Part shown: piece after piece, positions 47,297 to 57,160 of the stretch
Layout: every line of letters starts with the position of its first letter
Numbering within the stretch: the first letter of the stretch is position 1
NCBI GenBank assembly: GCA_963700065.1
Contig: CAVOWJ010000009.1
Span: 7,318 to 71,317, forward strand
Source of the DNA: an uncultured Acidobacteriota bacterium
GTDB taxonomy: Bacteria; Acidobacteriota; Vicinamibacteria; Vicinamibacterales; JAKQTR01
Direction of reading: 5' to 3'
DNA: 64,000 bases
Made by a program: the position numbers and the translations under genes
Notes under the pieces: generated by a model
Seen by the model: only the letters and a program-made list of their open reading frames with translations
Databases searched by the model: none
What the model was told of the DNA's origin: nothing

Positions 47297-48319
47297 ATGG
47301 ACCACGAGGCCTTCTATCGCGGCCGCCCGGTCATGATCACGGGCGGAGCCGGGTTCATCGGCAGCAACCTCGCGCACCGGCTGGTCGCCCTCGGTGCCGA
47401 CGTCCTGCTGGTCGACTCCCTGATTCCCGATTACGGCGGCAACCTGTACAACCTGAAGGGCATCGAGGACCGCGCCCGGATGAACATCGCCGACGTGCGG
47501 CAGGAGAGCACCATGAGCTACCTGGTGCGGCACGTGGACGTCATCTTCAATCTCGCGGGCCAGGTCAGCCACATCGACAGCATGCGGGATCCCTACACGG
47601 ATCTCGAAATCAACTGCCGGAGCCAGTTGTCCATCCTCGAGGCCTGCCGCCGCAACAACCCGGGCGTCAAGGTGGTGTTCGCCGGCACGCGCCAGGTCTA
47701 CGGCAAGCCCGAGTTCCTGCCGGTGACCGAGCAGCACCTGGTCAGGCCGACGGACGTGAACGGCATCAACAAGGTGGCCGGCGAGTACTACCACCTCGTC
47801 TACAACAACGTCTTCGGCGTGCGGGCCTGCTCGCTCCGCCTCACGAACATCTACGGGCCCCGGCAGCTGGTGAAGCACAACCGGCAGGGCTTCATCGGCT
47901 GGTTCGTCCGGCTGGCCGTCGAGGGCCGCGAGCTGCAGATCTACGGCGACGGCTCGCAACTGCGCGACTTCGTGTTCGTCGACGATGCGGCCGACGCCTT
48001 CCTGAGAGCGGGAGCGTCCGACGCCTGCAACGGCGAGGTGTTCAACGTCGGCGGCGCGGAGCCCACCAGTCATCGCGACCTGGTGCATCTCCTGCTCGAG
48101 GTGGCCGGCACCGGGAGCGTCCGCCATGTGGAGTGGCCGGAGGAGAAGAAGGCGATCGACATCGGCAGCTTCTACGCCGACTCCGCGAAGCTCAGGGCCG
48201 CCACCGGCTGGCAGCCGCGCGTCAGGCTGCGCGAGGGGCTCGCCCGGACCGTGGCCTACTACCGGGAGCACCTGGCCCACTACCTCGACCCGCTCGACAC
48301 CGGACCGACCGCACCATGA
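47297..48319 (+). CDS. NAD-dependent sugar epimerase/dehydratase (extended SDR)
   Basis: ITGGAGFIGSNLAHRL, YGKPEFLPVTE, NGINKVAGEYY (Y-x3-K). Confidence 0.85.
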   Translation: MDHEAFYRGRPVMITGGAGFIGSNLAHRLVALGADVLLVDSLIPDYGGNLYNLKGIEDRARMNIADVRQESTMSYLVRHVDVIFNLAGQVSHIDSMRDPYTDLEINCRSQLSILEACRRNNPGVKVVFAGTRQVYGKPEFLPVTEQHLVRPTDVNGINKVAGEYYHLVYNNVFGVRACSLRLTNIYGPRQLVKHNRQGFIGWFVRLAVEGRELQIYGDGSQLRDFVFVDDAADAFLRAGASDACNGEVFNVGGAEPTSHRDLVHLLLEVAGTGSVRHVEWPEEKKAIDIGSFYADSAKLRAATGWQPRVRLREGLARTVAYYREHLAHYLDPLDTGPTAP

Positions 48320-49416
48320 CCACACTCCGCGTCCCGTTCATGCGCCTGGTCCCCGGGGACGACCGTCCCGCCATCGACGCCGCCATTCGGCGTGTCATCG
48401 ATCGCGGCTGGTACGTGCTCGGGCCCGAGGTTGAGGCCTTCGAGCAGAGCTTCGCCGGCGCGTGCGGCGCGGAGCACGCCGTCGGCGTCGGGACCGGGAC
48501 CGACGCGCTCGCGGTCATCCTTCGCGGGCTGGGGATCGGCCCGGGCGACGAGGTGATCACGACGCCGGTCTCGGCCGCGTACACCGCGCTGGCGTGCATG
48601 ATGGTGGGCGCCAGGCCGGTCTTCGCCGACATCGATCCGCACCGGCTGACGATCAGCCCGGCGGCGATCGAGGCCGCCATCACGCCGCGGACGGCCGCGA
48701 TTCTCCCGGTGCATCTCTACGGCCAGCCCGCCGACATGCGCGCGATCGTGGCCGTCGCGGAGGCGCGCGGCCTCGCGGTTGTCGAGGACTGCTGCCAGGC
48801 TCACCTGGCGACATGCGACGGCAGGCCCGTGGGTTCGTTCGGCGTGGCAGCGGCCTACAGCTTCTATCCCACGAAGAACCTCGGCGCCCTCGGCGACGGC
48901 GGCGCGATCACGACGCGCGACGCCGCGCTCGCCGCGAAGATGAAGCGGGTCCGCAACGGCGGCCAGACCGACCGGTACCACCACGGCGAGATGGGGGTGA
49001 ACAGCCGCCTCGACGAGATGCAGGCGGCGATCCTCGGTGCGCGGCTGCCGTTTCTGCGGGGTTGGACCGAGGCCAGGCGGACGCGCGCCGCGCTCTACCG
49101 GCGGCTGCTGGACGGCGCCGCCGTCGAGGTGCCGGCCGAGTGCGATCCGGGCCATGTCTACCACTTGTTTCCCGTCCTCTCGGCCGAGCGCGAGCGCCTG
49201 CGCGCGCGGCTGCTCGAGCAGGGGATCGAGACGCTGATCCACTATCCCGTCCCGATCCCCCTCCAGCCGGCGGTGCGGAGCGAGCAGCCCGCCGACTGCC
49301 CGGTGGCCGACCGGGTCTGCGCCCAGGTCGTGTCGCTGCCGTTGCACCCCGGCATGCCGGACGCCGACGTCCACACGGTCGCGGCGGCCGTCCGGCGCTT
49401 CGGGACGCAGGCCTGA
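48316..49416 (+). CDS. DegT/DnrJ/EryC1/StrS-family PLP aminotransferase (ArnB-like sugar aminotransferase)
   Basis: GWYVLGPEVEAFEQSFA, GTGTDAL, SFYPTKNLGALGDGGAITT (PLP-Lys region). ATGA overlap with the upstream gene. Confidence 0.9.
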   Translation: MTTLRVPFMRLVPGDDRPAIDAAIRRVIDRGWYVLGPEVEAFEQSFAGACGAEHAVGVGTGTDALAVILRGLGIGPGDEVITTPVSAAYTALACMMVGARPVFADIDPHRLTISPAAIEAAITPRTAAILPVHLYGQPADMRAIVAVAEARGLAVVEDCCQAHLATCDGRPVGSFGVAAAYSFYPTKNLGALGDGGAITTRDAALAAKMKRVRNGGQTDRYHHGEMGVNSRLDEMQAAILGARLPFLRGWTEARRTRAALYRRLLDGAAVEVPAECDPGHVYHLFPVLSAERERLRARLLEQGIETLIHYPVPIPLQPAVRSEQPADCPVADRVCAQVVSLPLHPGMPDADVHTVAAAVRRFGTQA

Positions 49417-49441
49417 ATCCACGAACAGGAGACGCTGACGT

Positions 49442-50416
49442 ATGCGCACGTTGATTACGGGTGGGGCGGGGTTCATCGGGTCTCACCTCGCGGATCGGCT
49501 GCTGGCAGCGGGGCATACCGTGTTCGTCCTGGACGACCTGTCGACGGGCTCCTTCGAGAACATCGCCCACCTGAAGGGCCGCCCGGGATTCCAGTACACG
49601 ATCGACAGCGTCGTCAACGAGCCTGTGCTCGCCGAGCTGGTCGACCAGTGCGACACCATCTACCACCTGGCCGCCGCCGTCGGCGTCAGGCTCATCGTCG
49701 AAGCACCGGTGCGCACCATCGAGACCAACGTGCATGGCACCGAGGTGGTGCTGAAGCAGGCCGCGAAGAAAAGCAAGCTCGTGCTCGTCGCCTCCACGTC
49801 CGAGGTGTACGGAAAGAGCTCAGACGTGCCGTTCCGGGAGGACGGCGACCTGGCCCTTGGCGCCACCAGCCGCCATCGCTGGGCGTACGCCTGCAGCAAG
49901 GCGCTCGACGAGTTTCTCGCGCTCGCCTACTGGAAGGAGAAGAAGCTGCCCGTCGTCGTCGTGCGGCTGTTCAACACCGTCGGCCCGCGGCAGACAGGCC
50001 GCTACGGGATGGTGGTGCCGACGTTCGTGCAGCAGGCCCTCGCGGGCGAGCCCCTCACCGTGTTCGGGGACGGCACACAGACGCGGTGCTTCACGGACGT
50101 GAGCGACGTCGTGTCGGCGCTCGTGTCGCTGCCGCAGGAGTCCGGGGCGGTGGGAGGCGTGTTCAATGTCGGCAACACGGAGGAGGTCACGATTCTCCGG
50201 CTCGCGGAGCGCGTGAGGACGCTGACCGGCAGCCAATCGCCCATCATCAACGTCCCCTACGACGAGGCGTACGAAGCCGGCTTCGAGGACATGCCGAGGC
50301 GCGTGCCGGACATCTCCAAGCTCGCCGCGCTCATTGGATACCGGCCGCGAGTCGACCTGGACGAGACGCTCCGGCGGGTCATCGAGTTCTATCGTGGCCG
50401 TGAGCCCCGAGTGTAG
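49442..50416 (+). CDS. Extended SDR resembling the ArnA C-terminal UDP-glucuronate decarboxylase domain / UXS
   Basis: ITGGAGFIGSHLADRL, STSEVYGKSSDVPFRED, RWAYACSKALDEFLALAY, RLFNTVGPRQ, GDGTQTRCFTDVSD. The pattern parallels ArnA-Cterm as I remember it. Confidence 0.8.
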   Translation: MRTLITGGAGFIGSHLADRLLAAGHTVFVLDDLSTGSFENIAHLKGRPGFQYTIDSVVNEPVLAELVDQCDTIYHLAAAVGVRLIVEAPVRTIETNVHGTEVVLKQAAKKSKLVLVASTSEVYGKSSDVPFREDGDLALGATSRHRWAYACSKALDEFLALAYWKEKKLPVVVVRLFNTVGPRQTGRYGMVVPTFVQQALAGEPLTVFGDGTQTRCFTDVSDVVSALVSLPQESGAVGGVFNVGNTEEVTILRLAERVRTLTGSQSPIINVPYDEAYEAGFEDMPRRVPDISKLAALIGYRPRVDLDETLRRVIEFYRGREPRV

Positions 50417-50545
50417 GCGGAACCGCAGGCGGCGCGACGTGTGCGCGCGGTGCGCGTGGCGTCAGTACGCCGCCCGGTTCGAAGGCCTCTACGACCACGC
50501 CGCGGCCCGCGGTTCCGCCGGTCCCCAGGCCGAGGGGCCCGGATA

Positions 50546-53029
50546 ATGGTCAGGATGCTGGCTGCGCTGGCGCTTGTCGGGTATCTGCCCGGCGCCCTGA
50601 TGTTCCGCTGGCCGTCGGCAGGCCGCCCGGCGCGAGCCGCACTGCCGGCCGAAGAACGTGCCTTCTGGGCGGTCATCTTGAGCCTGGCGACGTCCTGCAT
50701 GCTCGCCCTCCTCCTGGGCGCCCTTGGCCAGTACACCTTCAGCCGGCTCCTCTGGGGCCTGGGCGCAGCCTGCGCTGCGCTGATCGTCGGATCGCGATTC
50801 AAGCTCCGCCTGGGACCGTGCGCGGCACGGCCTGGGTGGACGGCACTCATCCCGTTGGCCTTCATCGCCCTGGGTCTGTGGCTGTTCTTCCCGCCGGCCG
50901 AGTGGGTGCTCGGCGGGCGCGATCCCGGCGTCTATACGAACGAAGGTGTACGACTCGCGCAGCGCGGGTCGCTCAACCCGACTGACGAACTCGTCGCGTC
51001 GCTACCGCCCGGGGCGGTGGATCTGGTGTTGCCTCCGGCCCAGGAAGGGTACCGGCGTCGATTCATGGGGTTCCTGGTCGAAGATTCGAAGACGGAGACG
51101 GTGATCGGCCAGTTTCCGCACTTCTACCCGGCGTCGATGGCCATCGGCTACGGGGTCGACGGGTTGACCGGCGTGCGCCGCACCACGGGCGTGTGGGGCA
51201 TCCTCGGTCTGCTGGCGGTGTACTTCGCGGGATCGCAGTACTTCGGTCGGGCGGCGGCCGCCGCCGCGGCCGGCCTGCTTGGCGTACACGTTGCGCAGGT
51301 GTGGTTCGCGCGCACGCCGAACGCCGAGCTGCCCATGCAGACCATGATCTTCGCCGCGCTGCTCGCCTACGCCCGCATGGAATCGACCGGGTCGCGGTAC
51401 TTCGGCCTGGTGGCGGCGAGCCTTGCCGGGATGATGCTGTTCCTGCGCGTCGATGCGATGATCGTCATCCTCACGATCGCCGGCGCGTTCCTGCTGGAGT
51501 TCGCCGTCGGCCGGCGGGTCCGCTGGTACTTCGTCGTCGCAGTCGGGCTCTGGACGAGCCTGGGCTCGGCGTATCTCCTGGCGTTCGTGCGGCCGTACAT
51601 GCAGATGCCGATCGGGTTCGTCGAGAACCTCACGCCGCTGCACTGGGCGTTCAGCGCGCTGGGCCTGTCGGGACTGGCGCTGCTTGTGGCGTGGCTGCGC
51701 CGGCGTCGCATCTCCCCGCCCGGCTGGCTGCCCGTGGCCATCGTGCTGGCCGTGCTGGCGGCGGCGGGGTATGCCTACTTCCTCCGCGAGCCTGGCGGCT
51801 CGCTCGCGCCCCATGATGCGTACGCCCTGCGCTCGTTCACGGTGAACTACTTCACGCCGTACCTGCTGGCGGCGGCGCTTGCCGGGTTCGCCATCTGGGT
51901 GCCCCGCGCTTTCTGGGCGCACCCGTGGATGCCGCTGCTGGTCAGCGTGTTCTGCGCCTTCTTCTTCTACAAGATCCGCATCGTCGCCGAGCACTTCTGG
52001 GTGGCGCGACGGTTCCTGCCGGTGATTCTGCCCTCGATGCTGCTGTTTGCCGGGGCGGCCGCGTTCTTCCCGCCGTGGCGGGCGACGCAGGGAGGGCGGG
52101 GCTGGCTCGCACGCGGGCGGCAGGCGGCCGGGGTGGCCGTATTGCTGGCGGCGGGCTGGCACTTCGTTCAGCAGACCAGGCCGATTCTGCCGCACATCGA
52201 GTACGCCAACGTCATTCCGCGCCTCGAGGCGGTCGCGGCGCAGATACATGACGACGACCTCGTGATCATCGAGTCGCGCGGTGCGTCCGACGTGCACACG
52301 CTCGGACTGCCGCTGGCGTACATCTACGCGAAGAACGTCGTCGTGCTGGGCACGGACCTGCCGGAGACGGCCGCCGTCACCCGGTTCGTCGACTGGGCGA
52401 TGCAGCGCTTCTCGCGGGTGATCTACATGGGCGGCGGCGGCTCGCGGCTCCTGAACCGGACGCTTGACGCCCGGGTGCTCGGGGAGGAGGTGATCCGGGT
52501 CCCCGAGTACGAACGGTCCTGGGGCCACTTCCCCGCTGCCAGCCGGTGGAAGTCCTTTGTGTTCACCCTGTTCCAGTTGGTGCCGTTCAGCCGACTTCCC
52601 GAAGAGGCCCGCGTCGACGTGGGTGTGGCCGACGAACTCGCGGTCACGGGCTTTTACACCCGTGAGCGGGACAGCGAGCGACGCTTCCGTTGGACGGGCA
52701 AGAGATCGTCTGTCAGCCTCAGGCTCCCCGCGAAGCGGATTTCCATGCTCACGATTTGGATGGGCAACGGGGGACGGCCCGCCAGCGCTCCCCAGGCGCG
52801 GGTCGCCGTGTTCGCGGGAGGCCGCCAGATCGGGTCGGCCCTGGTGGCGACCTCGAGTATTGACGCATACGAGTTCCCGCTTCCGCTGGAAGCGGTCGAC
52901 GAAGCTGCCGAAGGTGAGGGGTTCCTCCTGGTCCGGCTCGAGACGCCGACATGGAATCCCCGTGACACGCTCGGCACGACCGATGATCGAAACCTGGGTG
53001 TGATGGTCACGCGCGTGGAACTGCGCTGA
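50546..53029 (+). CDS. Large (827 aa) polytopic membrane protein, GT-C-like, with a C-terminal soluble beta-rich domain
   Basis: At least 12 hydrophobic segments, an early periplasmic-loop-like GGRDPGVYTNEGVRLAQRGSL, and a C-terminal ~170 aa non-membrane region. ATG at 50546 (MVRMLAALALVGYL) preferred over the track start 50441. Confidence 0.7.
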   Translation: MVRMLAALALVGYLPGALMFRWPSAGRPARAALPAEERAFWAVILSLATSCMLALLLGALGQYTFSRLLWGLGAACAALIVGSRFKLRLGPCAARPGWTALIPLAFIALGLWLFFPPAEWVLGGRDPGVYTNEGVRLAQRGSLNPTDELVASLPPGAVDLVLPPAQEGYRRRFMGFLVEDSKTETVIGQFPHFYPASMAIGYGVDGLTGVRRTTGVWGILGLLAVYFAGSQYFGRAAAAAAAGLLGVHVAQVWFARTPNAELPMQTMIFAALLAYARMESTGSRYFGLVAASLAGMMLFLRVDAMIVILTIAGAFLLEFAVGRRVRWYFVVAVGLWTSLGSAYLLAFVRPYMQMPIGFVENLTPLHWAFSALGLSGLALLVAWLRRRRISPPGWLPVAIVLAVLAAAGYAYFLREPGGSLAPHDAYALRSFTVNYFTPYLLAAALAGFAIWVPRAFWAHPWMPLLVSVFCAFFFYKIRIVAEHFWVARRFLPVILPSMLLFAGAAAFFPPWRATQGGRGWLARGRQAAGVAVLLAAGWHFVQQTRPILPHIEYANVIPRLEAVAAQIHDDDLVIIESRGASDVHTLGLPLAYIYAKNVVVLGTDLPETAAVTRFVDWAMQRFSRVIYMGGGGSRLLNRTLDARVLGEEVIRVPEYERSWGHFPAASRWKSFVFTLFQLVPFSRLPEEARVDVGVADELAVTGFYTRERDSERRFRWTGKRSSVSLRLPAKRISMLTIWMGNGGRPASAPQARVAVFAGGRQIGSALVATSSIDAYEFPLPLEAVDEAAEGEGFLLVRLETPTWNPRDTLGTTDDRNLGVMVTRVELR

Positions 53030-53057
53030 CCGGGCGGGTGGCCGCGGACGGAGTCCG

Positions 53058-54233
53058 GTGTTCGACGACCTGCAGATTTACGACGCTCGAGAGCGATGGG
53101 CCGTCGGCCTTGCTGACGCCTGGCTTCGCCTCGCCACGGCGCCCGCGCGCATGCGGCGTGCTCCCCGGCCCGGCGCGCCGCCCCGGCGGATTCTCGTCCT
53201 GCGCCTGGAGCGGATCGGCGATCTCCTCATGACGTTCGGGGCACTCGCCGACCTGCGCGCGCGTGTCCCTCACGCCGAGATTGATCTGTGTGTGGCCAGC
53301 TGGAACGAGTCGCTGGCCCATGCCCTGGCAGTTGCCGATCGCGTCGACGTCCTCGATCCGCCGTGGCTCGCCAGAGATCAGCCTGGCGCATCGTGGTCGC
53401 GTCTCCGGGATCACGCACGCGGGTGGCGGCGGAACCGCTACGATCTCGCGATCAACCTCGAGCCCGATATCCGCAGCAATCTCCTGCTCTGGTGGTCTGG
53501 CGCGGTACGCCGGGCGGGGTATTTCACCGGCGGCGGCGGGCCGCTGCTCACGGATCCGGCGGCGTACAACCAGGCGCTCCACACGCACGACAACGCGAGG
53601 CGCCTGATCGCGCTGGCGGCGCCCGCCAGCGCGGACGCGCTGCCCACTCGGCCACGACTGCGCGTGCCCGACGCCGCCCGCGAACGCGCGTGCGGCCTCC
53701 TCGCGCCCGCAGCCGGCGCGGTGTGCGTCGGCATTCACGCGAGCGGCGGGCGCCCGGTGAAGCAGTGGCACCCGGGCCGGTTCGCGGAAGTCGCAACGGC
53801 CCTCGGCCGCGAGTACGGTGCGACGATCGTGCTGACAGGCGCCCCGGCGGACGCCGCCATCGTCCGGGAGGTTGAAGCGGGTATTCCAGCCGGCGTGCGC
53901 GTGCTGAACCTGTGCGGGCAGGGCGGCGTGCTCGACCTTGCGGCGGTACTCGAGCGGATCGCGGTCTTCGTCACCGGCGATACCGGTCCGATGCACCTCG
54001 CGGCTGCCGTCGACACGCCGGTGGTGGCGCTGTTCGGGCCGTCGGTCCCGGCCCGCTATGCTCCGCTCACGACCGCGAGCCGCGTGGTACGCGTCGACCT
54101 CCCGTGCAGCCCCTGCAATCGCATTCGGCTTCCGCCCGACCGTTGCCGCGGGCACGTGCCGGATTGCCTGGACGGCATCGGCGTCGATGCGGTGCTTGCC
54201 GCCGCTCGGGAATTGCTGGACTCCGGACGATGA
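53058..54233 (+). CDS. Glycosyltransferase family 9 (ADP-heptose:LPS heptosyltransferase-like)
   Basis: RILVLRLERIGDLLMTFGAL, VFVTGDTGPMHLAAAVDTPVVALFGPS. Confidence 0.85.
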   Translation: MFDDLQIYDARERWAVGLADAWLRLATAPARMRRAPRPGAPPRRILVLRLERIGDLLMTFGALADLRARVPHAEIDLCVASWNESLAHALAVADRVDVLDPPWLARDQPGASWSRLRDHARGWRRNRYDLAINLEPDIRSNLLLWWSGAVRRAGYFTGGGGPLLTDPAAYNQALHTHDNARRLIALAAPASADALPTRPRLRVPDAARERACGLLAPAAGAVCVGIHASGGRPVKQWHPGRFAEVATALGREYGATIVLTGAPADAAIVREVEAGIPAGVRVLNLCGQGGVLDLAAVLERIAVFVTGDTGPMHLAAAVDTPVVALFGPSVPARYAPLTTASRVVRVDLPCSPCNRIRLPPDRCRGHVPDCLDGIGVDAVLAAARELLDSGR

Positions 54234-55675
54234 CGACGGACAACGATCAGGATCGGAGCGAGCGGGCAGAACCGGCCGACGATGGGACGGCCGGCGAACT
54301 GACTCGCACGCGTCTGCGGGATGTGCCGGCGTCCGCGCTTCGGGCGGCTGAAGCCCGGCCGGCGGCCGCGTTCACCCTGGTCGGGTTCGCGTTCGCTCTT
54401 GCCTATCTAGCCGGCGTGCTGGTGTTTCCTTCTGGTTCCGGGCGCATCATCAACGGCGACGCGATCCAGTACTTCGCCTACCTCCAGTCGGTCGTCGTCG
54501 ACGGCGATCTGGACCTCTCGAACGACTACCGCCAGCTCTACCGGACTGCCGATCCCGAGACCAACGTCTGGCTGCGCAGCCGGACGCCGATTGGACGCGT
54601 GCCGAACATGATGTCGGTGGGCCCGGCCATCCTGTGGTCGCCTTTCTACGTGGGCACGCGAGTTGTCCTGAGAGCCTGGGCACCGGGAGAGCGGGCCGAC
54701 GGAATCCTGTACGCCAGTGTCGGTGTGGCGGGCATCTTCTACGCCACGGTTGGAGCGTGGCTGACGTTTCTGGCCTGCGCGCTGCTCTTCCCTCGCAGGG
54801 CGGCGTTCTGGGCCACGCTCGTCGTGTGGCTGGGCGGCCCCGCCCTCTACTACTCGTCCGTGTCACCGGCCTACTCGCACGCCACGTCCCTCTTCGCGGT
54901 CTCGCTCTTCGTGTATGTCTGGCTCCGCACCCGCGGCAAGACTGGATTCGCGAGGACGCTCCTTCTGGGTGCAGTGGCTGGCCTCGTGACCCTCGTCAGG
55001 TGGCAGGACTCGCTGGTCCTGCTCTTGCCTGTCGTGGAAGCGCTCGCCGTGCTGGGGCGGCGCCAGGCGAGCGTCGCGGCGGTGACCATGAGGCTCGGGT
55101 TGCTGTGTGTCGCGGCGGGGATCGTGTTCGCCCCGCAGTTCCTCGCGTGGCAGGCCATTTACGGCACGCCGGTGGTCATGCCGCAGGGAGCCGGCTTCAT
55201 GCTGTGGACCAGCCCCGCCGTTCTCAGCGTGCTGTTCTCGCTGAAGCGGGGTTTGTTCTCGTGGGCGCCGGCGTTGCTGCCGGCCGTGGCGGGACTGCCC
55301 CTGCTCATCAGGCGCGACCGGCTGGTGGGCTGGGCGACGGTGGCGGTGCTGGCCGCCTCCGTCTACGTGAACGCCGCCGTGCGGGACTGGTGGGCGGGTG
55401 AGGCGTTCGGTGCGCGGCGGTTCGTTGGCGACGGTGTGTGCTTCGCGCTCGGCTTGTCCGCCCTCATGGCGCTGCCGCAGCTGGTCAGGCGCCCGGGTGT
55501 CGTGAAGTGGCTCAGCGCCTCTGCCATTACCTACAACGTGCTGTTTCTCTTCCAGTACCAGTTGTTCATGCGTGGCATGCGGGACCTCGTGCCGTACCCG
55601 GAGACCGCCAGGCAGATCTTTCTCGACCGGTTGTGGCTGCCATTCCAGTTTCTGTGGCGGTGGATGTCGGGGTGA
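54230..55675 (+). CDS. Polytopic membrane protein, GT-C-like putative glycosyltransferase
   Basis: ATG at 54230 (ATGA overlap with the GT9 gene). First loop GDAIQYFAYLQSVVVDGDLDLSNDY; about 11 hydrophobic segments. Confidence 0.7.
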   Translation: MTTDNDQDRSERAEPADDGTAGELTRTRLRDVPASALRAAEARPAAAFTLVGFAFALAYLAGVLVFPSGSGRIINGDAIQYFAYLQSVVVDGDLDLSNDYRQLYRTADPETNVWLRSRTPIGRVPNMMSVGPAILWSPFYVGTRVVLRAWAPGERADGILYASVGVAGIFYATVGAWLTFLACALLFPRRAAFWATLVVWLGGPALYYSSVSPAYSHATSLFAVSLFVYVWLRTRGKTGFARTLLLGAVAGLVTLVRWQDSLVLLLPVVEALAVLGRRQASVAAVTMRLGLLCVAAGIVFAPQFLAWQAIYGTPVVMPQGAGFMLWTSPAVLSVLFSLKRGLFSWAPALLPAVAGLPLLIRRDRLVGWATVAVLAASVYVNAAVRDWWAGEAFGARRFVGDGVCFALGLSALMALPQLVRRPGVVKWLSASAITYNVLFLFQYQLFMRGMRDLVPYPETARQIFLDRLWLPFQFLWRWMSG

Positions 55676-55752
55676 TGCCCCGTCCTCGATCCGCCCCCCG
55701 CGGGTGAGCGGCCAGGACGTTGTCCCCCCCGGATGGCAGGGAGTCCGATCGC

Positions 55753-57147
55753 TTACGGCGTCAGGAAGTACTTTTCGGGAACGAATGCGCCCCCGTCCTC
55801 AATCACGCCGACTCGTCCCTGCCGCCGCAGGTCGCGCTCCCAGCGCTTGAAGTCGAAGGTGTCGTCCACGATGCCGAAGCGGGCCAGCGCGGCCCTGGTG
55901 GCGCGCTCACGGTCCGGCGGGATGCTCGAGAAGCGTATCCTGCTGTACACCGCCTGCCAGTCTCGGAAGATGTGATCAGACGACATCGGATGCAGCGCGA
56001 GCTGTTCGAGCCGATTCGCTCTCACTGACACGCCCGCCGCAATCGCGAGGATCATCAGGGCCACGGCTGCAGCCGCCCGCGACGATCGCGCGATGCCCGC
56101 GACAACCAGCACGACGAAGATGGCGTAGAACGAGATCGGAAACAACAGGAGGTTCGCGCGCATTCGGACGGCACCTGGCAGGCAGGCGATCGCGGCCAGC
56201 GCCAGCCACATCAGGCTGTGCAGCCGCTGGGTGCGAGGGAGGAACATCGCAGCCACGCAGAGGATGGCACAGGCCGCCACGAACCAGTTCGGCGCCGCCC
56301 CGGCCTGGCCGGACAGGCACACGGTCCAGTGAACGTGCGTCAACAGCCCGTCGACAACCAGCCGGTTGACTCGGAAATTCGGCGCGCTCGGCACCGTCAT
56401 GAGACGCCATCCCCAGATCAGCAGGAACGTGACCGCGAGCAGCCCCGCGTACCGCGCCAGGCGCACGTAGGCCTCGCGAGGCCGCCCGACGAAATGAAGG
56501 TACGCGACGCCGATGACGACGAGCGCCGGGTACAGCGCCAGCGAGTCTTCGCGTGCGGCGAGGGCCAGCAGCATGAGCACCGCCGACAGCGCGGCGAGCG
56601 CTCTGGCTCCACGATCCAGATAGGCGAGCAGCAGGTGGGCGGCGGCGACGAAGGCCAGCGCCGGCAAGAGATGAATGCCGTCGGCGATCCAGACGTAGTG
56701 ATAGAAGCTGTTCTTGCTGCACAGCGTCAGGATGCCCGCCAGCAGGCCGACCCACCAGGGCCCGCCGAGCCGGCCGACCAGCGCGCCGAGCGAGACCAGG
56801 TAGATCGTGAACAGGAGCGCCAGGAACACGCGATGCCCGCGGACCGATTCGCCGAACAGCCGCGCGCGAATGTCGTTGAAGACGACGGTGCCGGGCCGGA
56901 ATCCTTTCGTTTCGATGTTGTCGGGATCCCATGTTCCGACGAGAGACTTCGCAACCTCGACTGCCGAATAGGGGCGGACGAGATGCAGGTCGTCCCAATG
57001 CCACTCGTAGTCGAGCGACCGCCACCCGATGCCCAGCGCAACCGCGGCCAGTACGGCGGCGGCGAGCACCGACCGGAGTGCCGTCATGGCCCGAGGGGCG
57101 ATCGTCATGCGTGCGCTGGACTCCTCCGCAGCCACGACCCTCTTCAC
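55753..57147 (-). CDS. Polytopic membrane protein, PMT/TMTC-like putative glycosyltransferase
   Basis: EWHWDDLHLVRP loop after TM1, more than 9 hydrophobic segments, short soluble C-terminus. Confidence 0.65.
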   Translation of the reverse strand: MKRVVAAEESSARMTIAPRAMTALRSVLAAAVLAAVALGIGWRSLDYEWHWDDLHLVRPYSAVEVAKSLVGTWDPDNIETKGFRPGTVVFNDIRARLFGESVRGHRVFLALLFTIYLVSLGALVGRLGGPWWVGLLAGILTLCSKNSFYHYVWIADGIHLLPALAFVAAAHLLLAYLDRGARALAALSAVLMLLALAAREDSLALYPALVVIGVAYLHFVGRPREAYVRLARYAGLLAVTFLLIWGWRLMTVPSAPNFRVNRLVVDGLLTHVHWTVCLSGQAGAAPNWFVAACAILCVAAMFLPRTQRLHSLMWLALAAIACLPGAVRMRANLLLFPISFYAIFVVLVVAGIARSSRAAAAVALMILAIAAGVSVRANRLEQLALHPMSSDHIFRDWQAVYSRIRFSSIPPDRERATRAALARFGIVDDTFDFKRWERDLRRQGRVGVIEDGGAFVPEKYFLTP

Positions 57148-57160
57148 CCTGTGTCGACAG

